From: Octopus vulgaris
Lineage: Eukaryota
Assembly (NCBI GenBank): GCA_951406725.2
Contig: OX597817.1
Location: 157,666,001-157,730,000, forward strand
Length of the DNA stretch: 64,000 nucleotides
Reading direction: 5' to 3'
Part shown: positions 51,603 to 64,000 of the stretch, in pieces
Layout: every line of letters begins with the position of its first letter
How positions within the stretch are numbered: the first letter of the stretch is position 1
Position numbers and translations under genes: made by a program
The notes under the pieces: generated by a model
The model's database searches: none
Told to the model about the DNA's origin: nothing
The model's input: the letters and a program-made list of their open reading frames with translations, nothing else

Positions 51603-52143
51603 TATTTCTTTAATACCCACAAGGGGCTAAACATAGAGGGGACAAACAAGGACAGACAAATAGAGATCACTGTTATAAAAAACTGCATTGCTGGGTATAT
51701 GTATGATGCTCATAGTGATCACATGTTTCTTATTTCTTTATTGCCCACAAAGGGCTAAACATAAAGGGGACAAACAAGGACAAAGGGATTAAGTCGATTA
51801 CATCGACCCCAGTGCGTAACTGGTACTTAATTTATCGACCCCGAAAAGGATGAAAGGCAAAGTTAACCTAAGCAGAATTTGAACTCAGTACGTAACGGCA
51901 GACAAAATACCTATTTCTTTACTACCCACAAGGGGCTAAACACAGAGAGGACAAACAAGGACAGACAAATGGATTAAGTCGATTATATCGACCTCAGTGC
52001 ATAACTGGTACTTAATTTATCGACCCCGAAAGGATGAAAGGCGAAGTTGACCTGGGAGGAATTTGAACTCAGAACATAACGGCAGACAAAATACTGCTAA
52101 GCATTTCGCCCGGCATGCTAATGATTCTACCAGCTCACCGCCC
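51603..52143 (-). mobile_element. Composite of three SINE B pieces plus a transduced flank
   Basis: Whole block flanked by GAAAAGAAGCTAGGATTGT direct repeats (~51584-51602, ~52145-52163). Confidence 0.85.
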
Positions 52144-52247
52144 TGAAAAGAAGCTAGGATTGTGCTATTATAAGGGAAATGGCTATGCTCAGAAAAAGAG
52201 TAGGTAGAAATTCCATAAAAGGTGTCCAGTGTAGAAGATCTCTGTTT

Positions 52248-52291
<44 letters not shown>

Positions 52292-52509
52292 GTTTGTTTA
52301 CTCTGAAAGGTGTCTTTACTCATGTAGCATTCTGAATTTATGGATGGAGACAGATCATTTGATATGAGAAATGTGAGTTGATGGACAATGTTGTCTGTTA
52401 GGGAAAGGATGTAGATAGGAAGACATTCATTCACCTAAACAAAGAAAAGAAACAAAGTTTCAAACAGTTTTCATCCTTTATAAATTTTTTTTTAAAAAAA
52501 CCTATCATA

Positions 52510-52670
52510 ATAGGAGTGGCTGTGTGGTAAGTAGCTTGCTTGCGAACCACATGGTTCCGGGTTCAGTCCCACTGTGTGGCACCTTGGGCAAGTGTCTTCT
52601 ACTATAGCCTTGGGCCGACCAAAGCCTTGTGAGTGGATTTGGTAGACGAAAACTGAAAGAAGCCTGTCGA

Positions 52671-52712
<42 letters not shown>

Positions 52713-52934
52713 ATGTTTACGTGTCTGTGTTTGTTCCCCTCCCCCCAACATCGCTTGACAACCGATGCTGGTCTGTTTACGTCCCCGTAACTTAGCGGTT
52801 CGGCAAAAGAGACCGATAGAATAAGTACTAGGCTTACAAAGAATAAGTCCTGGGGTTGATTTACTCGACTAAAAGGTGGTGCTCCAGCATGGCCACAGTC
52901 AAATGACTGAAATAAGTAAAAGAGTAAGAGAGTA
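52510..52934 (+). mobile_element. SINE family A
   Basis: Full length. Confidence 0.9.
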
Positions 52935-53596
52935 ATCATCATAAAAGAAATAATTTGAAGCTAATATTCAGTACATATGGTTACACTGAGACAGGAAACT
53001 GAAGTTAGTGGCTCCAGATTTAAAAGAGAAATTTCCTGTAGACATCTGCTAGTCTCCAGCTCTCTCAAACTTACTCTTGAGGCACAGAGGACATTAAAAA
53101 CAATGATGATAGTTTAAGCTAAGTTCTACTTAAGCCATTAGTTTCATGAATTCTGCATTTTCGTGACGGAGTTCAGAACAATAAGAGCACAATGGCAAAG
53201 CAGCTAAGTGGCTAAAGTATCAAACTCCTGGCTAAGTAGATTATGTTGCATTCAATAACGAAGTGCTTAAACTGTTGGACTCTTGGCTAAATGGATTTAT
53301 GTGGTGTCCTTAAGTAATAAACATGATGTCAAAAATTTCATTTTCTAATCACATAGTTCTGGTTTTGATTCTAGTATGCAACACTTTGCTCAAGTGTTTT
53401 TTCTACCAAAGTCTCAGATCAAACCAAGCCTTGTGAATGTAGGCTGATGGAAACAATACAGAAACCTGTAGGATGAATAAATTTTCCTGGATGGTAGATT
53501 TAACCCTTTGCTTTGTTGAACACTATAACATGGCCCTTTGACATCTTTATCAAAGCTCACATTGTTGACTCACATCTCCAGTCAGACAACACTCAA

Positions 53597-53832
53597 TACC
53601 TATTTCTTTATTACCCACAAGGGGCTAAACACAGAGAGGACAAATAAGGACAGACAAACGGATTAAGTCGATTTTATCGACCCCGGTGCGTAACTGGTAC
53701 TTATTTAATCGACCCCGAAAGGATGAAAGGCAAAGTTACCTTGGCGGAATTTGAACTCAGAACCTAGCGGCAGACAAAATACTGCTGAGCATTTCACCCG
53801 GCGTGCTAACATTTCTGCCAGCTCGCCGCCCT
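53597..53832 (-). mobile_element. SINE family B
   Basis: Full length; CAACACTCAATACCT duplication. Confidence 0.9.
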
Positions 53833-54670
53833 ATGCCAACACTCAATACCTCAATGTGCTGTTTTCAGCTGGAGCAATCCACGAGTCATGCTTTCTTCTC
53901 TTTGTCAAAAGTCTCAGAGGCTTTGCATAAACTGTAATAATGAGCACAGACTTTCCACTTTTGATTAAGTCATTAAAATAGAAAAAAATAAATAAATAAA
54001 ATAAAAATCTCCACATGAAAGTTAGTAGTTACTGCTATTTCATGGTAATGTAATTAGTGCAAAAAAGAGCAATTAACAGCAAAAAGAATGTTTAACATTT
54101 ACTAATGCAGAAATTCAAAACTTTGAATAACATTTAATGCATGCCAGAAATGGGGGAAATGGATTTAAACTCTTAGAACAAAGTTCATAGGAAACCATAA
54201 CAGAATTTATTGGAGATAATCTAGAGAAAGTATTCTAAAGATAAAAAGGAGAGCTGAGTGAGTGATGGTGATACATTAGAACATTTTTTGTTGTGTATTT
54301 TATACTTACTTTTCCTAACTAGATTACAAATATGAAACGTTTATAGAGTTTGCTTTCTTCCTCCTATCAATCATTTAACTATGAAATGTGGGTGGTATGG
54401 AGAATATCTATGTTCAAGTTTTGATAGAGGAACAGAAGAATTCATTGGGCCTCATGGCACAATTTCTAAATCACAAGCACCACAGCATGAGGGGCTTGAG
54501 CCTGTAGATGGAAATACCTCCTCCATCTTTGAAGCTTAGCTAAGAGCTGGTGTTTAACTCTAGCTTCCAAGTGTGAAGCACATGAAAGGTAAATCTCTCC
54601 TGTGGTAGGATTTTAGCCTATTGCAGTTAACATAGCCAAGATAATCTAGTACCTTTTTATTTAACAGCTA

Positions 54671-54694
54671 TACTCTCTTTTACTTGTTTCAGTC

Positions 54695-54744
<50 letters not shown>

Positions 54745-54952
54745 ATGTGCTTGTGTGTCTGTGTTTGTCCTCCCAACATCACTTGACAACCGATGCTGGT
54801 GTGTTTACGTCCCCGTAACTTAGCGATTCGGCAAAAGAGACCGATAGAATAAGTACTAGGCTTACAAAGAATAAGTCCTAGGGTCGATTTGCTCGACTAA
54901 AGGTGGTTCTCCAGCATGGCCACAGTCAAATGACTGAAACAAGTAAAAGAGT
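54671..54952 (+). mobile_element. SINE family A 3' half preceded by an inverted copy of its own tail
   Basis: 54672-54694 is the reverse complement of the tail at ~54932-54952. Confidence 0.8.
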
Positions 54953-55115
54953 AAATAAAGACTCCCTGCAACTTGAAATAATCAACTGCCTTTGCTTCAT
55001 AAGAAACCACTGTACCAAATGGGTGCTGACGCTGAGCTGACTACAAGCTATTGAAGAAAAACACATTTGTATTGTATCATGGGGTATAACACAAAAGAAA
55101 TACCTAAATAAATAC

Positions 55116-55525
55116 AAGGCGACAAGCTGGCAGAAACGTTAGCACACCGGGCAAAATGCTTAGGGGTATTTCGTCTGAGTTCAAATTCCGCCGAGGTCGA
55201 CTTTGCCTTTCATCCTTTCGGGGTCGATTAATTAAGTACCAGTTATGCACTGGGGTCGATATAATCGACTTAATCCGTTTGTCTGTCCTTATTTGTCCAC
55301 TCTGTGTTTAGCCCCTTGTGGGTAGTAAAGAAATAGGTATTTCTTCTGCAGTTATGTTCTGAGTTCAAATTCTGCCGAGGTTGACTTTGCCTTTCATCCT
55401 TTCGGGGTTGATTAAATAAGTACCAGTTACACACTGGGGTCAATATAATCGACTTAATCCGTTTGTCTGTCCTTGTTTGTCCCGTCTATGTTTAGCCCCT
55501 TGTGTGCAATAAAGAAATAAGAAAT
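55116..55525 (+). mobile_element. Dimeric SINE family B
   Basis: Two head-to-tail cores; AAGAAATACCTAAATA duplication. Confidence 0.9.
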
Positions 55526-55739
55526 ACCTAAATAGTTGTTTCTCCTGTCAACAATTTTCTTCCATATCCGCTACACAGTGTGAGCTAAGAAATTATATCT
55601 GCAATGTCCCTAACAATCATTTCATTCTGAGAAATGCATAACTGAATGAGTACAACAACTAATTTCAACACTATTGCTCTAGTCATTGGCCCATGGCATT
55701 GGTGGTGGAGATGAGATCATATGAAGAAATTATTTTATT

Positions 55740-55991
55740 ATTTTATGAGCCCTTTTTAAAGCCTAGCCAGGCTCATGGGCCTGGTTTCCCAGTTTCTATG
55801 GCGTATGTGTACCCTAGCTGGACAGGACACTAGTCCATCGCAGCGTTACTCATTTTTGCCAGCTGAGTGAACTGGAGCAACGTGAAACGAAGTGTTTTGC
55901 TCAAGAACACGACGTGCGCCTGGTCCAGAAATCGAAACCACAATCTTACGATCATGGTGCTGACACCCCAACCAATAAGCCACGCGCCTCT
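55740..55991 (-). mobile_element. tRNA-derived SINE (head E, tail X)
   Basis: Minus strand AGAGGCGCGTGGCTTATTGGTTGG...GGTTTCGATTTC...TTCTTGAGCAAAACACTT...CTGCGATGGACTAGTGTCCTGTCCAG. Confidence 0.8.
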
Positions 55992-56257
55992 ACATATGAA
56001 GAAATACTTCATTCAATTTTTTTTTAATTATTGGTTCTTTAATCACAGAAACATAATCAACAGTAGGTAGTGCAAACCTGTAATCCTAAGATTCAACCAA
56101 TGTTCAAAACATGAATGTGTTGTCTTCTTCCCAGGAATGTTGGAGCTGAAGCAGGCCACCAGCAGTTTCCTTGGGTTCCAGATTTAATAAAGTACTAGTC
56201 TAGTTCTAGGGTCGATATATTTCGCTAACCCCATTCTCTAAATATCAGCCTAAAAGA

Positions 56258-56551
56258 TATTCGAACAAGGTCGTTGCCAGTGCCGCTGGACTGGCCCATG
56301 TGCAGGTGGCACATAAAAAGCACCATGTGAGCATGACCACTGCCAGTACTGCCTGACTGGTCCTCGTGCCGGTGGCACATAAGAGCACCCATTGCACTCT
56401 TGGAGTGGTTGGCATTAGGAAGGGCATCCAGCTGTAGAAACTCTGCCAGATCAGACTGGAGTCTGGTGCAGCCATCTGGTTTGCCAGTCCTCAGTTAAAT
56501 TGTCCAACCCATGCTAGCATGGAAAGTGGATGTTAAACGATGATGATGATG
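56258..56551 (+). mobile_element. RTE 3' UTR fragment
   Basis: Array units plus tail. Confidence 0.85.
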
Positions 56552-57177
56552 TTTAAGAATTGATTTTTTGTAATAAAGCTGATTCCTTCTGAAGCTGATA
56601 AGAGGGAAGGTGGTTTGGGGTAGGGGTTGGATGTGGCAGCCATGTATTACCAGAAGTTCAAGCAACAACATAGAATACTCAGTGTAATGGATTTCAAAGT
56701 ATACTCAGATGTCTATGTAGGGCTAACGGGGGCTATGCAACAGTTATTTTGTTAACATATGGGTCCAAGATTCAGAGCAGATGGTACTATTATAATGAGG
56801 ACTCTCTAAAATAGCTGTCAAGAATCATTTAGTTAATGCTAAGTAAGCACTTAACAATCTCTTGTCCCTCTCAGCTTGTGCGAATGCACACACAAAAATC
56901 AAACGATGAATTTCTTAAAATCCTGAGCCTAAGTCCACTTGAGATATTTCAATGTGTATTGAGCAGAGAACTTAAATGTGGAAATTCTAGAGTTTCTGGG
57001 AATGTTCTTGCAATAAATTGTGATCTATCTGTGGAGACAATTGTCTTTCATCAACCTAACATCTGAAAACCAGAGCTAAACAACAGACTTCATAGCGCCC
57101 TGAAACTCCAACAGTTTACATTTTGTCTCACACAAATATCCATTATACAGGTTCATATGAATATATGTGTATATATA

Positions 57178-57383
57178 AAGTAATCCCTCGCTCTATCACA
57201 ATTTATTATTTAATCTTACGTCAATTCCTCCGTGGAGTTGTTTTCAATAAAATAAACGTATACAAATTATAAAAATAATTTTTAAAAAACTATATACAGT
57301 ACAGTACTGTTTCTACTTCGTGGATTTTCACCTATCGCGGAGGGTTCTGGAACGTAACGCCTATGATAGTCGAGGGATTACTG
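57178..57383. mobile_element. Tigger/pogo-type MITE
   Basis: TA-AAGTAATCCCTCG ... CGAGGGATTACTG termini, matching the CAGT-type TIR. Confidence 0.75.
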
Positions 57384-57389
57384 TCTACA

Positions 57390-57578
57390 CATCATCATCA
57401 TCGTTTAACATCCGTTTTCCATGCTAGCATGGGTTGGATGATTTTGACTGAGGACTGGCGAACCAGATGGCTGCACCAGGCTCTAATCTTAATCTGGCAG
57501 AGTTTCTACAGCTGGATGCCCTTCCTAACGCCAACCACTCTGATAGTGTAGTGGGTGCTTTTACGTGCCACCAGCACA
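57390..57578 (-). mobile_element. RTE 3' end fragment
   Basis: (CAT)n plus reverse-complement tail. Confidence 0.8.
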
Positions 57579-58359
57579 TATACGAGGAAAGAAATACAAT
57601 CACTAACATCGTACAATTGCAGGTCAACCACAAAAGCGTGCTTCTTATTAAGTTTTCTCTCACTACAATAGCAGCCACTGTTTCTATGAACTTGCAGGGC
57701 CTCTATACCAACTCAAAGAAAATCTGTTCAATAGCCTTACTTCTATTGTTATTACTATTGCTAAGCACTCTCTCGGTTCTTTCATTCCAGATATTACATG
57801 CTTACAAAACTTTCACCTTAGCCATAAAATCTCTGTTACTAAATTGGAAAAGTCGATATTAAAAACCCGTCGCACTGCCCCTACTCTCTTAGATTTCAAA
57901 TCTCTTAATCTAGGTAGTTATAAAAATAACATACTTTCTCCATTTTCACTAAAAAGAAACCATAAATGTGTGTGTTCACCAGAGTTTTTCATTCACAGCA
58001 ATCTTCAATGGCAAACCAGAAGATGAGTCCATTAATTCAAAGACTTGTACAGGTTGTTAAATTTTCAATACGAGGGTGTGTTTGTGTCAGTCATTATGTA
58101 TAATGTGTGTGTGTGTGTGTACACACATGCGTACATGCACAGACACACATTGTATTAAGTGTGCCACCAGCTAAAAAATATATTACACTGGCTTCCCACA
58201 AACACACACGAAACCATAAACCTAAAATTATCTGCAAAATGGGAAGTTGTAATAGCCATTCGTATTTTTTCCCCAGGTATGAGTGGAGTAAGGTAAACTG
58301 ATCTAATTCAAGATCAAAGCCAGATTTAGTGCACAGTGAATATTACTGCTGTAACAAAG

Positions 58360-59465
58360 GTTGTAATTCAGCAGGTTGCAAATAATACCTGATGTAGCAG
58401 ACAGATAATAAATACACCTGTAAATCTTGAACCACACAATTTAACAAGGTATTTCAATACCTGTGCAGAAGATATATAATAAATATCCTTGTAGCCACAA
58501 TGAAATCTGAACCATACAACTGGTATTTCAATACCCAGTGCAGTATATATATATATTTATATATATATATCATCATCATCATCGTCGTCGTTTAACGTCC
58601 GCTTCCCATGCTAGCATGGGTTGGACGATTTAACTGAAGACTGGCGAACCAGATGGCTGCACCAGACTCCAATCTGATCTGGCAGAGTTTCTACAGCTGG
58701 ATGCCCTTCCTAACGCCAACCACTCCGAGAGTGTAGTGGGTGCTTTTACATGCCACCGGCATGAGGGCCAGTCAGGCAGTACTGGCAACGGCCACGCTCA
58801 AATGGTGCTTTTTATGTGCCACCTGCACAGTAGCGAGTCCAGCACACTGGCAATGACATCGCTCAAATGTTTTTTCATGTGCCACTGCACAAGTGCTAGT
58901 AAGGTGACACAGGTAACGATTATGCTCAAATGGTACTTTTTTTACACACCATCGGAATGGAGGCCAGCTTGTTGCTCTGGCCCCAATCTCACACGTATGG
59001 TTCTCTTATATATATATATATATAGTGAGAGAGAGAGCAATAAGAAAATGGAGGGGATCAATAGGTGGTTCATCAACTTTTAGACATTATATTATATCAA
59101 CTTATTTATATATTTATAAAAATGACAATTACAAGAATGTACATACATGTATAACATATTATGCTTTACATATAAAAAAACTGCAATGCAATAAAAAACA
59201 TTTGTGTATTAATAATTGGGTATTCTACCAGCAGTATATTGGATAGATATCCCTTAGTTGGTTGATATATTATAAATATTCTTGCAGCCAAAATGAAATC
59301 TGAATCAAGGTATTTTAATACCCAGTGCAGAGGATGTATATAATATATATCCTTGTAGCCACCAGAAAATTTGAACTGTAGAATGCAAGGCATTTTAAAA
59401 ATACTGAGTGCAGTAGATTCATAATAAACATCCTTGTATTTACAGTGAAATCTGAACTGTACACC
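58360..59465. repeat. Degenerate ~70-bp minisatellite split by younger insertions
   Basis: Recurring AATAC(C)..GTGCAG..ATAATAAATATCCTTGTAGCCAC..GAAATCTGAAC at ~58380-58545 and ~59270-59465. Confidence 0.7.
58569..59003 (-). mobile_element. RTE 3' UTR fragment
   Basis: Tail plus ~4 array units. Confidence 0.85.
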
Positions 59466-59505
59466 ATAACCTGGACTAGAGCATAATTTCTTTTGTTTAG
59501 CAATA

Positions 59506-60110
59506 TCATCATCATCATCATCATCATCGTTTAACGTCCGTTCTCCATGCTAGCATGGGCTGGACGGTTCGACCGGGGATCTGGGAAGCCAGAAGGCTGC
59601 ACCAGGCTCCGGTCTTATCTGGCAATGTTTCTACAGCTGGAGGCCCTTCCTATCGCCAACCACTCCGTGAGTGTAGTGGGTGCTTTTTACGTGCCACCTG
59701 CACTAGTGCCAGGCGAGGCTGGCATCGGCCACGGTCGGATTGGTGCATTTTACATGCCACCTGCACGGAAGCCAGTCGAGGCGGCACTGGCTTCGGCTAC
59801 GATTCGGATGGTGCTTTTTACGTGCCACCTGCACGGAAGCCAGTCGAGGCGGCACTGGCATCAGCCACGATTCGGATAGTGCTTTTTACGTATCTCCAGT
59901 CCAGGGGTCCTGGCATCTGCTGGGTGCCAGTCATAGGATTGGTTCAATTTCGATTCCAATTTCACTTGCCCCAACAGGTCTTCGCAGGCATAGGTGCCTG
60001 TCGTCGGATGAGGTTCGATATCGACTTCGCTTGCCTCAACAGGTCTTTGTGTGTCCAAGGGAGGAAAGGCATGCATAAGTGGGCTGGACTCACTTGTCCT
60101 GCCTGGTCTT
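59506..60110 (-). mobile_element. RTE 3' UTR (CpG-intact copy)
   Basis: Tail, array units and upstream UTR with many CpGs retained. Confidence 0.85.
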
Positions 60111-60519
60111 TTCACGAAAACAAGAAACTAGGAGACGGACTTAAAGTGAAGAGGGGATGCCACCGATAAGGACTGACGAACCACATTCACCAAACTATTT
60201 ATTATCAAACAATCGATTGGTTAAATAAAAACAACAACAATAATCCTTTTTACTATTGGTACAAAGGCCTGAAATTAGTCGATTACATTGGCTCCAGTGC
60301 AAAGGATGAAGGGCACATAATAATAATAATAATAGAAGTGAAACAGAACCAGTGTGTGTTTCTTGTTGGCATAGTGACCCTACCAAAATAAAAAAAACAA
60401 ATCTATTTTAACACACGATTTCACATGAAGAACGAAAACGAAATCAAGAACTCAAATGAAATAGCTTCCACGGATTATTTAACCCCAACGCTTGGATATA
60501 CTTCCTATAAACTAGAAAT

Positions 60520-60730
60520 GCAAGTCAACCCTGATCGAACAGGCACATGATCAAAGGCTTTCCAGCCATGACCAACCCGTCTATATTATGGGTGTGAAAG
60601 GACTGCAGCCTCTAAAATTTAGTCTCGTTATTTAAGAGACTGAATCTTAAGAGGGTGTGAGTTGAAAGAAATTTGGCTGCTATTTCTTGTAGGCCGAGCA
60701 ACCCCCCCATAAAATCTCGCTAGTTGGCTC
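60520..60730. repeat. Interspersed repeat family F
   Basis: CCCTGATCGAAC..ATGATCAAAGGC..TTCCAGCCATGACC..GGGTGTGA..TTTGGCTGCTATTTCT; diverged inverted copies at ~19480-19630, ~19715-19925 and ~470-1085. Confidence 0.7.
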
Positions 60731-60965
60731 GACACTGTTATTAGACGGTGAGAAAACGTAGTGTTGCATAGACACGTACGCTAGTTACCATTTGTAACAA
60801 ATTCTACAGTTAACATAGTCATATACAATAAATCACTACATAGAAAAAATACCCATATTCAAACATTAAACACACACACACACACATTTACTACTGCAGG
60901 AATACGTATATGTGTGTAATATGTATATGCATAAATGTCTCTATCCGTCTCTCCCTCCACACACA

Positions 60966-61035
<70 letters not shown>

Positions 61036-61347
61036 ACTGATTGAGATATGATCAAAAAAGACACAATGAAATCCGATGTTCTTGTAAAATCAATAAGTGC
61101 AACAATCAACAGCGTAACTGGTGGCTTCGACTACTGGGATCACAACCTCCGCCACTCTATTCAGCGGCGAAGATGTACGTGAACGTCTAATAATCTTCGA
61201 AACACGGACAGTAGACGGTTCAAACCCTCAACACAACCAACCGTCGATTATTACAGACAAAATATATCTCGAAAAAATAATAGTCAAAACTTGGATTGAA
61301 TGAAGTCCCTTAACAATCGACTTCTGGGAGGAGAAATCTAAAACCTG

Positions 61348-61406
<59 letters not shown>

Positions 61407-61662
61407 TGACGTCGTAAAAATGTTATGAACATTCGATATAATGTGAAATAATTATTTATTGAAACAGTGGATCCCCAAGCACATTGCGTAAGCTATAAAT
61501 AATAGCATTTAATATTGGGGTTGTCCATAAGAGATATGCATTCGAGTACCACGGGCAGCCCCTCGACTTTTTCCACCCAAAAGAGGTTTTTCAATCCTAT
61601 GTTTACATGCTATTATTTATAGCTTTATGCGCTTCGAGACCCACTATTCCTAAACAGAGTCG

Positions 61663-62449
61663 TATATGTGCATATATGTATATTCCAAAACAGAATCATA
61701 TATGTGCATATACGTATATACATATACGCATATATATGTATATATATGTATATACATACATATATATGCATATACATACACATATATACATATATATGTA
61801 TATACATATATGCATATATATGTATATACATATATATATATACATATATGCATATACATATATATATACATATATGCATATACATATATATATACATATA
61901 TGCATATACATATATATATACATATATGCATATATATATATACATATATGCATATATATATATACATATATGCATATATATATATACATATATGCATATA
62001 TATATATATGCATATATATATATGCATATATATATGCATATATATATACACATATATGCATATATATATATGCATATATATATATGCATATATATATATA
62101 CATATATGCATATATATATACACATATATGCATATATATATATATGCATATATATACACATATATATATGCATATATATATATATATGCATATATATATA
62201 TATATACATATATGCATATATATATACATATATGCATATATATATATATACATATATGCATATATATATACACACACACATATATATGTATATACATACA
62301 TATATGTATATATATGTATATACATACATATATGTATATATATGTATATACATACATATATGTATATACATACATACACATAAGCGTATGTATATATGTA
62401 CACACACACACACAAGCGTATGTATATATGTACGTACACACACACACAC
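61663..62449. repeat. Compound TA/CA microsatellite (CATATATGCATATATATATA units)
   Basis: Direct reading; source of the long YIHM/VCM ORFs. Confidence 0.95.
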
Positions 62450-62550
62450 ACAGAGTCGCTGCAGTTCTGTCTCAATCAAAGAAGTTTTGTATACATTATT
62501 CATGGAGCCATAAAACAGCTTCAGAAACTCACGCAACATTCAAACCTCAC

Positions 62551-62649
62551 CTTGATAGATTCTCTTCAAAACATTCCGGACGAAGCACCTGTACTTGGTT
62601 GTCCCTCAAAAATAACAACACTGATCTGAATTGGCAACGTCTCAACTGG
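62551..62649 (-). other. Candidate 99-nt (probably 5' UTR) exon
   Basis: Acceptor TTATTTTATCATACCTAG| and donor AAG|GTGAGG in CpG-retaining unique sequence. Confidence 0.25.
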
Positions 62650-63425
62650 CTAGGTATGATAAAATAAGATAGCTTTGGCATAACCCATTCTCGACAGGAA
62701 CTTCTTTTATGCACACAAATGCATATACACACACATACATATACACATACATATATTTATATGTACATACACGCAAACATGTAAATATATCATCATCATC
62801 ATCATGACCAGCCTTCGACTTTTTATAACTCGTGCCTGTATGGAACAAGCATATTAAATGATAATGACACACTGATACACACATGCATATACATATTATA
62901 CACATGCACATAGTCATATATACTACATATACACGCATACGTATATAGACACACATACACATACATACACTCATACATTTGGCATAGATTCTATGGCTGG
63001 AGGAACTTGGCAATATCAACCTCTTGACACACTGTACTGGGTACCACCAAAAGATGCAACCAGTGCACTGTAAAGGGTTGATATTAGGAAGGGCATCAGG
63101 CCGTAGAAACCAGGTCGGAAATGGAGACATTGGAGTAAAAAGTGATCCTCCGAACACCGTCGGATCCCATCAAACAAATCAACCCATGACAGAATCGAAA
63201 GCGGAACTAAATTTTTAATGATGATGATGACGACTATATACATATATAATATGTATGTGTGTGTAAATGGTTTTAGCCAGGAGCTATTGCTATACTGAGA
63301 CACTACCATAAAAAAAGGAAAGTGCACTCGCAGAGGGATCCGATCCCTCGATACCTCCGATCGCCTCTAAGGTTTAAGAGATAAAAAAAAGTCTAATGTT
63401 CTAACGGCTGAACTATGCAGGCAGA

Positions 63426-63460
<35 letters not shown>

Positions 63461-63463
<3 letters not shown>

Positions 63464-63571
63464 CTGCTCGCTTAGCCAGCGGGGTGGCGTCATTTAAAGG
63501 TTAAAACAATGCGAAACGCATTGTGACCAGCGATGTGTAGCAACATCTGATAGCCTGGTCGGTCACGGTGA
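63461..63571. repeat. ~112-bp structured repeat inside (TA)n
   Basis: Reverse complement of 36968-37080. Confidence 0.85.
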
Positions 63572-64000
63572 TATATATATATCATCATCATCATTATCAC
63601 TATACATAATAATAAATGTAGTACACAAACAGATACATGGGTACACAATATACATATCTATACCCTATACATTGGTTTAGTTGGGTATGAATTTTGTGTT
63701 TTACGTATCACAAATCGTTTAATGCAATGGAAACACACAACTAGAGACGGCTGCAATTGCTAAGCCCAGGTGGATGGATATGTGTCGAGATATTCTCGCG
63801 TACCTAGAGTCTGAAATCTAAAGAAGAAGACACTACAAACGTGGATTGTAAGTGGAAGCAACGTCAGTTATTACATGTGTATGTGTGTGTGCGTCAATAT
63901 ATGTATATGTGTGTGTGTTTACATGTAATTGTCAAATTCGTGCAGAATGCATTGGTAAAGCATAGGACTGAAAATAAAATTTGAGGGTATATATATATAT

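Noticed and set aside
61607-62667. 258-333 aa ORFs
   Set aside because: Microsatellite read-through

Overview
Eukaryotic, AT-rich, repeat-dense non-coding DNA. The SINE, RTE and microsatellite landscape points to an octopus (coleoid cephalopod) genome; this is pattern recognition, not a database hit. No intact protein-coding gene is visible. The ORFs in the track are (TA)/(CA) microsatellite read-throughs, SINE read-throughs or decayed transposon ends (mariner, CR1, RTE). The window holds about 25 tRNA-type SINEs of several modular families, about 15 3' fragments of one RTE LINE with a 65-nt tandem array in its 3' UTR, mariner/Tigger/piggyBac MITEs and a nested Helitron. The best signals are (1) a 5.3-kb near-perfect palindrome (3821-9096) capped at both ends by a type I hammerhead ribozyme, and (2) three more sequence-unrelated hammerhead families (23423-23516, 36475-36559, degenerate 670-705) plus a possible relic at 14050-14096. 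All clear hammerheads have a palindromic stem III and sit in short elements at TA tracts, consistent with non-autonomous Penelope-like/retrozyme elements. Fold-back inversions recur at several scales. CpG content rises near 59.5 kb, which suggests most of the window is a methylated intron of a minus-strand gene whose 5' region lies at about 60-64 kb (inference). Repeat boundaries are read by eye and approximate.
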